In this document: positions 12,901-23,281 of the stretch, piece by piece | Numbering within the stretch: position 1 is the stretch's first letter | How the letters are laid out: each line of letters starts with the position of its first letter | From: Catajapyx aquilonaris | Taxonomy: Eukaryota | DNA length: 48,570 bases | Direction of reading: 5' to 3' | Assembly (NCBI GenBank): GCA_000934665.2 | Contig: JYFJ02002947.1 | Location: forward strand, 1-48,570 | The notes under the pieces: model-generated | What the model was told of the DNA's origin: nothing | Databases searched by the model: none | What the model saw: the letters and a program-made list of their open reading frames with translations, nothing else | Made by a program: the position numbers and the translations under genes

Positions 12901-15900
12901 TAAAAAAATGATATCATCTGTTGCAATCAGGAACAAGTGTGTGCAATGGTGACAGTGGAGGAGGAATGGTCCTGCCTTCAGATAGCCGAAAATGGTCTCT
13001 AGAAGGTGTTGTCAGCTTTGGAGAAGTGTTGGATGACGGAATCACTTGCAATAGTTACGAGTACAGCGTATTTACTCGTGTCAGCAGTTACATCGCTTGG
13101 ATTGAAGGAGTCTTGGCTGACTCAGAAAAGGAGTTTCCTAGTAAAGAATATGATTTAAATTTTTTTTTGTCTGACAGTACAGTATGTGGCTCATTTCAGA
13201 GCATTACACTGATGAATACTACGTACCAACTCATCCTAACAGAGAACATGGTTTTGGAATTGTGACTACGGCTCGCACTACAACAACAACAACGACGACG
13301 ACGACGACGGAAATGACGACACATGTTACAAACCCAACAGAATCAGAAGCTATCACACTAGCTCCAAGACCTAGTTAGTAAAAATAATTTTAATCACAAG
13401 AATGATTATAAAATTAAAATGTGTTTCCTAATAATAGCCTCCTATTATTGTAAGTTTATACTCGTCAACAATTTAATACAACAGAACAACTGCAGATAGA
13501 GTGTAATAACTAACACTATACCTGCAGTTTTTATGTTGTATTAAATTATTAAATATTAATGTGTATGCACTTTTAGATGCCATGATATGCCAAGAAAATT
13601 GGGTGCAATCTGGAGACTCCTGTTATTACATTTCGTTTAGAAGATTATCGTGGGAACAATCTCGTAGAGAGTGCCAGAGGATGAGACCTGGAGCAGATCT
13701 GGCCAGTTTTCACAGTCACGCTGAATCGAATACTGTTACAAGTTAGTTTTTTTTTAAAAAATAAATAATTACTGATTAAAAATATGAGTTTTTCCAACTT
13801 GCAGAATATTTGTTCAGAGACTTGTGGATTGGACTCAACTCTTTGAAGCAATCTGGGGTGTGGGAATGGAGTGATGGAACTTCTGTGGTGCAGGATTACA
13901 TCAGTTGGGACAGAGGTCAACCCAAGTCGACTAAAAACAAGTGCGTGCAAATATTTCTGAGATGGTTCGACATTGAAAAGGACGCCTTAACAGACAACGA
14001 ACATGGATATCTGCATGACACTTCTTGTGACACGAAATTGAACTTTGCATGCAAATTACGACCTGAGTCAGGTAATACATTTTTATTTTGCTTTTCTTGA
14101 AGCGACGTAACTTGGTTAATTTTTTTTTAAAAAAGGAACATGCCCAGTTAAATGGAAAAGGAGAGGATCAAGTTGCTACTACTTTTCTGATTTTAAGGCA
14201 ACATGGACAAAAGCCAGAGATCACTGCAAGAGTCTAAAATCAGATTTGGCCAGCTTTAGCGACAAGTACGAGCAATCTTATTTGGCAAGTAAGTGCGATC
14301 GCAATAAATATTATTATGATCGCACTTGGTGTGCATATAATGACCTAATATAACTTCCAGGCCAGATTGACAAACATGCTTGGATAGGATTTAGCCGAAC
14401 TTCTACTGATACTAATTGGAAGTGGTCTGATCAACAAAAAGTTGATTATGTCCGATGGGACACACACGAACCTAATAATTTGCATCTGGAGTTTTGCACT
14501 GAAACTACAGACACAGGAGAATGGATGAATATTAATTGCGATTATAAACGCTTCTTTGTATGCAAACACTCTCTTCAAGGTAAAGAACAACTGCAAAAAA
14601 ATGTGCTGAAAATGAAGCTAATGTTCATACACTTTTATAGGCTCAATGACATGCCAAGATAATTGGGTTCAATCTGGAGGCGCCTGCTATTACATTTCAC
14701 TTAAAAGACTATCGTGGGAAGAGTCTCAAAAAGAGTGCCAGAGATCTGGTGCAGATCTGGCTAGTTTTCACAGTCCATCTGAATCAGATGCTGTTGGAAG
14801 TTAGCAAAAATATTTCATAAAATATTAACTATAAAAACAACAAGTGTTTTCTAACCAATTTCAATTTCAGAACATTTGTACAGAGAATTGTGGATTGGAC
14901 TCAATTCTCTGAAGAACTCTGACGTATGGGAATGGAGTGATGGCACTTCGGTTGTGGAGGATTATCTCGATTGGGAGAAAGGTCAACCCAATTCTGCTGC
15001 AGAAAAGTGCGCCCAAATATTCCTGAGATGGCCCGACGTTGAAAAGGACGCCTCAACTGACAACGAGCATGGATATCTATACGACAGACCTTGCAACGTC
15101 CTATTGAACTTTGCATGCAAATTACATCCTGCAGCGTATGGTAATACATTTTAAAAACAATCGTTGCGAATACACCTAAATGTTTCGATAATATTTTAGG
15201 AACATGCCCAGATAATTGGAAGAGAAGATATTCGAGTTGCTACTACTTTTCTGATTTCAAGGACACGTGGACAAACGCCAGAACATACTGCAAGGGTCTG
15301 AAACCAGATGCAGATTTGGTTAGCTTTGGTGACAAACACGAGCAGTCTTATTTGGCAAGTAAGTGATGGTCACACCAGGGAGCATATTATACTACATAAG
15401 AGGCGCCAACATTCGATTTCCGCGTCTCTCTGTTTGGGGCGTTGCCAAGGCTGGCGGCCATTTTGAAGTGGGGGCAACGCCAACGAGGTATAGATAGGGT
15501 ACTGGCAAAAATAGTGTCCGCCATCTTTGATTCGCGCGTGTTCTTGCCGTGTAGTTGCCATGGCCGCCAAAACCATCAAAGATGGCGGACACTATTTTTG
15601 CCTGTACCCTATTTATACCTCGTTGGAGTTGCCTACACTTCAAAATGGCCGCCAGCCTTGGCAACGGCACCAAACAGAGAGACGCGGAAATCGAATGTTT
15701 GCACCTCTTATGTAGTATATGCTCCCTGGTCACACACTGTAGTACAGGTGTACATAATGATCAAAACTTCCATTATAGGCCAGATGGACAAACATGCTTG
15801 GATAGGATTGAGTCGCACTTCTACTGACACTAATTGGAAGTGGTCAGATGGAAGTAACCTTGATTACTTGCGATGGGACGTAGGTGAACCAAACAGTTTG

Positions 15901-18900
15901 CATCTTGAGTATTGCGCAGAAATACTTGACAGCGGATACTGGATAAACACTGATTGCGACTATGAACGTTTCTCTGTCTGCAAATACTCTTCTGACAGTC
16001 ACTGTAAGAACACTACATAAAATAATATTAAGCATTATTTTACATGTGTTATGATCCTTTTTTTCCAGCCTTAACACCAAGTGTATATAAGTGCCCCAAG
16101 AATTGGCTACCGTTTGGAAATAGTTGCTTCTATCTTTCTGAGTACAAAGACAGCTGGAAAAATTCGCAAAGTGCATGCAAATCGTATCATCCAGACGCTG
16201 ATCTATTCAGCATGCACAATAGCCAAGAGCAATCGTTTGTGAATGGTAAGTACCATTGCATTTATAGTAGAGTACTACAGGGTGAGTCGGAACTGCAGCT
16301 AGTGTAGGCCTAATATATTTTTCTTTGCAGATATGATGTCATGGCAGTTTTGGGTGGGCTTGCACTTGCACGGTGATGACGATGAGTGGAAATGGAGTGA
16401 TGGGTCAAAGTTTGATTTCAAAAACTTCAGAAGCGACGAACCCAACAATTTGGACGAGGAGAAATGCGCCGAACTTATTTTCCATTTTGGCGAAAATAAT
16501 AGAGCCACTGTGGTACTGAACAACGACGTTTGCAAAAAGACCAAAAATTTCATATGCAAGAATAAATCATGTGAGTGCATCTCATTTTATGTGCTGTTTT
16601 TTTTAATTATCGGTATTTTATGTAATGTAATTAAACAGTGTCGTGTCCTGAGGGTTGGTTTTACCACATTGGAAACTGCTATCTGATATCCAAACTCAAA
16701 CTATCTTGGAAAGACAGCCATGATTTCTGCACTAGTTTTTCAAAGGGGACAGATCTGCTAAGTTACCACACTGCTGAAGAAGCTGACTTTTTCATTGGTA
16801 AGTTTAGCGAATTTTTTAGCAAACAATTTTTGCTGGCTTATTACTATCCAAAACTTTGATTTCCAGATAAAATGAGCTGGCAGGTGTGGACAGGACTACA
16901 TCTGAAACCTTACAGCAATGTTTGGCAATGGTCGGACGGAACTGAAGTCAACTTTCTTCAATGGAGATCAGGCGAACCGAACGACCTTCATCGCGAGAGA
17001 TGCACTGAACTGATCCAAGGAAATGTATGGAACAATCTTGATTGCACTTGGCTCCTTAGATTCGCCTGCAAACTTAACTTCCCAGGTTTGGCAATATTTT
17101 TGGCATAAAAACATTATGCAGACTAATTGTTTGACTATTTATCCTTATAGGTCCAACATCAGCAGCAAGTTCTCAAGGTAAATAAAATGCACTCTAAAAT
17201 ATACATTTGGTCATTCTCATCTGATGTAATTTCACAGAATCACAACAAGTGTGCCCGAATGGTTGGAAGATGATAAATGATGCTTGTTACTTCATGTCTG
17301 ACTACAAAGAGACTTGGATGATGGCACTAAAGGCATGTGAATCATCTCATGCAAATCTTCTCAGCTTGCACTCACAAGAAGAGCAAAATGAAATAACAGG
17401 TAAAGAAATCTGCACTTGAAAGAATCTCCCGAGCTCTTCAATTATTATATTCAAATTCTGATAAACATGATGAAGGAAGTAAAATATCATTCCTCCTTAC
17501 AAACAATCACAACAATGAATCTTTTTCAGGTCGTATGTTCACAAAAGTATGGATCGGATTGAACATATTAAATAATAGCGAAAATGAATGGCGATTTACC
17601 GACGGAACTGCGTTCAACTTCCTCAAATGGCCCGGGCCACATGAACCTAATTATTTGGACGACGAAAAGTGCGCTGGCCTCGTTCGTACTTATGGTGCAA
17701 AAGATGACGTGCACTTGTACAATGACAACTGCGACGAGAGAAGGAATTTCGCATGCAGAATGCAATCGAGTAAGTTTTTTTTTATCTCTCTCAAAATTAC
17801 GTACAAAAAATAATTCGAATATTTTTTTTAGTGTCCTGCCCAGAAGGTTGGGAATATTACCACGGATTCTGTTACTACATGTCAGACCACGAGTTGAACT
17901 GGCATGAAAGCAACGAATATTGTCGATCACTGGGCAAGGGGATTGAATTGGCCAGTTTTCACAGCGATACGGACATCAGATTTTACCATGGTACGTTTTA
18001 TGGAAAAATATCTCACGTCTAAGATTTTCTCTCAAGGACAAATTCGTGCAAAAATTTCAGCTTGAATATTTTGAACTGTTTGCAAATTTTTAAAGGCAAA
18101 ATGTACTGGCGAATTTGGCTGGGCTATCACATGCATCATGGTCGAGGCTGGAAATGGACAGACAAAACTTCAGACAACTTCACCTCCTGGGGCATTAGAG
18201 AGCCGAATAATCTTCCTAACGAAGAATGCGTCGAACTAACAACAGGAGGAACGTGGAACGATTTGAAATGCGACGACATGTTGCATTTTGTCTGCAAACG
18301 TGGCCTCACAGGTGGGTTTCATTGTTATAACATGTGATAATATCACATAAGAGGCGCAAACTTCCGTCAGCGCCATTGATTTCCGCGTCTCTCTGTTTGG
18401 GGCCGTTGCCAAGGCTGGCGACCATTTTGAAGTGGGGGCAACGCCAACGAGGTATGGGTACAGGCAAAAATAGGGTCCGCCATCTTTGAAGGTTTTGGCG
18501 GCCATGTCAAGAACACGCGCGAATCAAATATGGCGGACCCTATTTTTGCCTGTACCTACTACCTCGTTGGCGTGGCCCCCACTTCAAAATGGCAGGGCCA
18601 GCCTTGGCAACGCCCCAAACAGAGAGACACGGAAATCGAATGTTTGCGCCTCTTATGTAGTATATGCTCCCTGATAATATTTTAATTTAATTGATCGACA
18701 GGTAATGTAGGACGAACACGAATGAACGGGTTCGGAATCGAAGGTAATTATTACGCCATTTCCGCTTCATAATCCGATTCAAATATTAATCATATTTCAG
18801 ACAATGACATGGCCCAGACATGTCCATCTGACTGGAACTTTTATGGAAACTCTTGCTATCATATTTCGTATATGAAACTAAACTGGAAGTCTGCTGGAGC

Positions 18901-19844
18901 CACATGTTCTGCGATGGACCCGAGGGCAACACTGGCTACAATCAGAAATCAAGAAACGCAACAATATTTGCAAGGTTTCTGTTATTCAGACCTGAAAAAT
19001 ATCCTGCTCAAAATATTATATGGAAAATTATTTTAATTCCAGGCAAAATGTTTGATGACATGTGGCTTGGACTGTACTACGTAAATGTCGAAGAACAATG
19101 GGAATGGAGAGACAGAGCGAGACTCAATTTCACAAGATGGGCTTCAGGTGAGCCCAACAATGTGCACAGTGAACAATGCGGATTGTTACACGTGGCACAA
19201 ACTGACGAGACAACACTTGGAACCTACCAAAGCGCATCTTGTGCAGAAAAACATCGATTTGTGTGCAAAGCTTATACAGGTTGGTCTGCCTTAATAATTA
19301 ATAATATTAATAATTAATATTCTATGCCATTTACTGTTCAGACCAGTGTCCTGAAGGATGGGAAGTTTTTCATGGCAAATGTTACCTGATACCTGAACTG
19401 AAGGAGACTTGGGTCAATTCGAGGAGAAAATGCAGAAGTATTTACGAACCGTCTGAATTAGCTAGCATTCGCACTGAAGAAGAATTTGAATTTTTAATAG
19501 GTATGTCGCACTCTTTGATTATTTATTTAAAAAATGAAGTTGAATCATAGTGAACAAATTGGCCTATAAAATATGTTGCAGACAGAGTTTATTCTCACTC
19601 TTGGATCGGACTTGACTCGCACAAAGATCCAAGTACTTTCGAATGGATTGATGGAAATCCTGTTGAGTACACACAATGGCAGAGTCACGAACCAAACAAT
19701 TTGGAAGTGGAGAGATGTGTCGTGACAACTTCAGATGGCAAGTGGTACAACACCAAGTGCGACAATGAGAGGCACTTCATGTGCGAAATACCACTCAGAG
19801 AAATACCTAGAAGCGTGCAAAATATTCAGCCAACACCACCGTAA
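6977..19844 (+). CDS. Giant secreted lectin-protease B: signal peptide, LDLa-like remnant, Sushi, 6 CTLDs, 6-Cys Sushi/Wonton-like domain, active serine protease, Thr-rich linker, 10 CTLDs (roughly 2,700-2,800 aa)
   Basis: Exon 1 starts at ATG 6977 (or in-frame 7037, MMWSLLIVCAT) and ends at 7070. Exon 7139-7729 encodes CKFNQYFCRNGENCV, a Sushi domain and a CTLD half. CTLDs continue to 10709. Sushi-like exon at about 11187-11453. Protease at about 11620-13140 (VQRL|IHRG, LTAAHC, SDLALI, TSVCNGDSGGG). Thr linker 13200-13373, then ten more CTLDs 13577-19844 with two micro-exons (17151-17177, about 18701-18743). No internal stop or second signal peptide was found and no TM segment. Length is a hand estimate. 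Confidence 0.85.
10748..11104. mobile_element. MITE family A, copy 3 (full length)
   Basis: Termini cagggagcatatactatac... and ...gtatatgctccctg; flanking gtgtcac is repeated, with 2 extra nt on the right. Confidence 0.9.
11483..11571. mobile_element. Small hairpin element / MITE remnant, intronic
   Basis: Perfect 26-bp inverted arms (gtaaggtagcagacctgaagctcaaa / tttgagcttcaggtctgctaccttac) plus inner cctccaaga/tcttggagg; TA at both ends. Confidence 0.65.
12166..12448. mobile_element. MITE family A, copy 4 (both ends truncated, opposite orientation)
   Basis: Reverse-complement match to copy 2, including the internal spacer. Confidence 0.85.
15376..15728. mobile_element. MITE family A, copy 5 (full length, clean TSD)
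   Basis: Termini cagggagcatat...atatgctccctg with direct repeat gtcacac at 15369-15375 and 15729-15735. Confidence 0.92.
18344..18673. mobile_element. MITE family A, copy 6
   Basis: Family arms; right terminus gctccctg; flanking ataatat on both sides. Confidence 0.88.
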
Positions 19845-20513
19845 GCATTGTTGAAACATATAGTTACAGATGAGATATGTAAAGTGCTGCAAAAAAAAAC
19901 ACGTCAAAACCAGTGGGTTCGGTTATCCTCAGTACAAAATGAGGTGTCTGAAGCATATGGTCTGAACTGCGTACATGACACTGCATATGAGACGTGCTGG
20001 TGGTGCATGTGCAGCCCACCAGGAAAACAGACCACATTGTTGCAATCCTTGTTAGAAACAATTGTTGTGCTATAGAAGTGACTTTCATGTTGTTGTATTA
20101 CACTGGACTAATAAGTGCTGGTGTTAAATATCAAGCTAATGTGGGTTAAAATGTTTAGAAAGCAGCACTCAACAATAGAGGTTGGGAAATTACTGCAATC
20201 ATCATCATCATCTCCAGATTGAAGGGTGTGTATAGTAAGAACCAGGAGACAAAATGTGAGCTGAAAAGATGACTCTGTACTGTAAAATACATTAATTTTT
20301 GAAAAATTAAAATGCAATCATCCATCCTTTTTTTTCCTTTCCTAATATTGAATATGTATAACTGATTAATTGTCAGCGATTATAGTTTCATGAATTGAGA
20401 TATAGTTTGACCTGAATCTCGAGACAGAAAAAAAAGTGTACGGTAACCGCAATAATTCCGGTTATGCAACACGTATGGATAAACAGAATCAAATAAGCAG
20501 ACACTTTGCCAGC

Positions 20514-22929
20514 ATGTATCAAGCGTCTCTTACATTATTGTCAATCGTGTATATAGGGTAAGTACCACATTTTTTTTCAGTTTCTCCTACATTTACATCC
20601 AACAATGTTCCAGGTTGGTTCACGCCAGCTGCAAAGCACCCAAACCTTTGAAAGGAACAATAATAATATGCAACAATGGCCAGTCGTGTTTCGGCAATAA
20701 TTCACCTGAAGGAACAACAGTAGAGTACAAATGCGAGCGGTATTATAAAAACCCTACGCCATATGAAAACGTAAAAGTTTGCACCAAAACCGGACAGTGG
20801 TCAAGAAGATTATCGCCCTGCGTTCCAGGTAAGTTATATAGTTAAATTTATTTAAAAACCTGAACGCTTTAATGAGTCGTTTGGCACAGACTGCGGGATT
20901 GCAAATAGCCGAAATGTTTACGCCATACTAAATGGAAACGAAACTAGTCCCCATCGGTGGCCATGGCATGCTGGACTCTACATTTTCAATGGGAGGACTC
21001 AACCTTACTGTGGGGCCACACTAATTAACACCAACACACTCGTTACAGGTATAAAGTCTGATTAATTATTTTACTAGCCCAAACCGAGTGCGCACCCACA
21101 CTCGCGCAAGCTCAAGAGTCTATTGGCAACGTCGAAAACGCAGACCATTTTGTTCCCCCCACAAACGTAGCGTTGGAAATAAGTGCAGCGAGCTTATTGT
21201 TAATTCCAACAGTTAAAGCTGCGTGAACTGTGATGCGCACTCCGTTGCGCTCGTAAAAAAAAAAATCATATAATGTTAAACTACTCATGTTACAGCCGCT
21301 CATTGCGTTCAGGACGGATCATTTCTTTTGAAACCAGACCAAATCATCGTAGCTTTTGGAAAACATGCGTCTGAATTACGTCCAAGAGAAAAACAATCTC
21401 AAGAAGCGATAGTTGGACAAATATCAGTGCACGAAGAGTACGAAGAGTCCACATTAAACAATGATATCGCCTTGATATTTCTGAAAAATGAGGTTGAACT
21501 GACCAGCACTGTGAGGCCAGTGTGTTCTGGTCACTTGTATCCTGAGAAGGCTAATCATCATTTCGTTGAAGGAGTCAGAGGAATTGTAAGTTATTTAAAT
21601 CATATAAATAGGCCTAATGATGTTACTGACTATTATGCGATTCACGAGTCCTGGCCTGTTAGGCTCCTCCCCCGTCCTCCGCCCTCTGAAGGCGAGGTTG
21701 CCACGTCCGCGTCCGCCATGGCCTCACACGCCTGCCAGGACGAGGAAGGGGGAGAGCACTTGGCAGCAGTGGATCGCATTGAGGGGGACAACCAGGCCTG
21801 GAAATACGACGAACCACCTATCCCTTGTTGAGACCGAACCCCGCACCAATGGCTCCTACTCGCGAGAATCACGAGCATTCCAGGCCTGATTTCTTCCGCC
21901 GCTGACGTTGGGAGGTGGTGGGTGGAGCCTAACAGGCCAGGACTCGTGAATCGCATAATAGTACAGTAGTATTCAGGCGGTGTATCCTGCCCCATGTCGC
22001 CCCCAGCCGCAGCGGCACCACTTACACTTTACAATGCTAATTCCCATAACAAGTGCTGCCCCTAGAGACGGGGGGCGACATGGGGCAGGATACACCGCCT
22101 TAACACTAACTTTTTCTCCTATTTAAAGGTGGTTGGATGGGGTATTACAGACAACAACAGGCAAGCAGACACTCTACAAATGTCAGAACTACCTTTCGTT
22201 CCTAAGGATAAATGCAGCACGTATTTTGAGTCCACATATTTGCGTGAGACTAATTTCTGCGCGGGTTATTACACACGTAAGGTCACATTATTTTGTGTCT
22301 GTGTCAGAAAGCCAATATTGAAAAATTAGAGACTCTATATGGTTCAGTGCATTTCAGCAGATAACAGCAATGTTTGTGGAGGGGACAGCGGTGGTGGACT
22401 TTTCTTTCGCTCCAAGAATGTCGACGACAGGTGGTACCTTCAAGGTGTAACCAGCGCGACAAACAAGGACATGGCAACCAAGATGTGCATCCCAAAAGTC
22501 GCAATTTTCACTCGAATAGACAAGTACGCGCAATGGATCGAGAACAAAATATCAGAGCATAAGAACGGTATGTAAAAAAATAATCACAAAATTTAATCAT
22601 GGACTGAAAGTAACGAGCAAGCGAATAGTTATTAGTTCATTTTCTTTCAATAAATATTTTTTTCTTTTCTTTTTGACTTGGTACAAAATATTTCTTATTC
22701 CGCAGGAGAAGCTGTCGTTCCCCATATTTTTCCACCTTTCCCAGCTTTACCAACTCGTCCAACTCGACCAACTCGACCAACTCGCCCAACGCGTCCAACT
22801 CGACCAACGCGTCCAACTCGGCCAACTCTGCCAACTCGACCAACGCGTCCAACTCGGCCAACTCGTCCAACTCGACCAACGCGTCCAACTCTTCCAACCA
22901 GGCGACGTACCTGGGAATATACCTGGTAG
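20514..22929 (+). CDS. Secreted Sushi/Wonton-like + serine protease with a C-terminal (PTR)n tail
   Basis: Signal MYQASLTLLSIVYIG|LVHA (in-frame upstream ATG at 20475). 6-Cys Sushi exon 20614-20828. Protease motifs CG...NVYA|ILNG...WPWHAG, TAAHC, NDIAL and SNVCGGDSGGG. Last exon 22706-22929 carries PTR repeats. Confidence 0.87.
21074..21255 (-). mobile_element. Possible short Helitron-like insertion (3' end visible)
   Basis: On the - strand a cgagtg...cactcg hairpin lies a few nt before CTAG|T at 21074-21077. The segment is GC-richer than the host intron. The 5' TC end was not identified. Confidence 0.35.
21624..21968. mobile_element. MITE with ~40-bp TIRs, intronic
   Basis: Arms actattatgcgattcacgagtcctggcctgttaggctcc and ggagcctaacaggccaggactcgtgaatcgcataatagt; TA at the outer ends; GC-rich interior. 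Confidence 0.82.
21975..22100. mobile_element. MITE with 30-bp perfect TIRs, adjacent to the previous element
   Basis: Arms aggcggtgtatcctgccccatgtcgccccc and gggggcgacatggggcaggatacaccgcct. Confidence 0.8.
22750..22902 (+). repeat. Coding 9-bp tandem repeat, 17 units (15 PTR + 2 PTL)
   Basis: cca-act/acg/acc-cgN units read directly from the sequence. Confidence 0.9.
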
Positions 22930-23281
22930 TTGAGCCAAATTCATAAGACATGGAGATCCAACTGGGGAGCCCCCCCCCCCNAAAAAAAATGTTACCAAAA
23001 AACGACTCAATTGAAACACAAAAATTGTAATAAAAATCTCATCTGAATAATATGAAATAAACCTCATAACAAAACCTGCAGTCGTATCTATTTATCCTCC
23101 GTTTTTTTTGGGAGATATGACCTCCATAGCTAACCGCACTTCCTCTACCTTATTGCTGATAAAATATCCGGCCAAAGTTTCCTGTGTACACCTATAGAGT
23201 AAAGCCTATTTGCAAGTTTGGCATCTATTCTCTCACGAAGCTGCGTTCTTGGCGAATTTAGTCGTTTGCTCACCTGAAAAC

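Noticed and set aside
2..18674. Many ORFs with recurring peptides such as IKDGGPYFCLYPIY and MAAILKCG
   Set aside because: They are translations of MITE family A arms in several frames and on both strands, inside introns; not proteins.
244..19844. Annotation as macrophage mannose receptor or as Limulus Factor C
   Set aside because: There is no ricin, FN2 or TM domain. Factor C has an Asp189 protease, five Sushi domains, an LCCL domain and a single CTLD, unlike this architecture.
21587..21995. ORF extension of the protease exon into a Pro/Ala-rich peptide
   Set aside because: Read-through past the donor at about 21587 into an intronic MITE.
22970..22990. Poly-C / N / poly-A run
   Set aside because: Homopolymers around an ambiguous base; likely a low-quality or joined sequence rather than a biological signal.
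22637..23067. Alternative-frame repeat ORFs (LDELAE..., QLDQRV..., WTSWPS...)
   Set aside because: These are shadows of the PTR repeat; only the PTR frame has a phase-compatible acceptor and synonymous-type variation.
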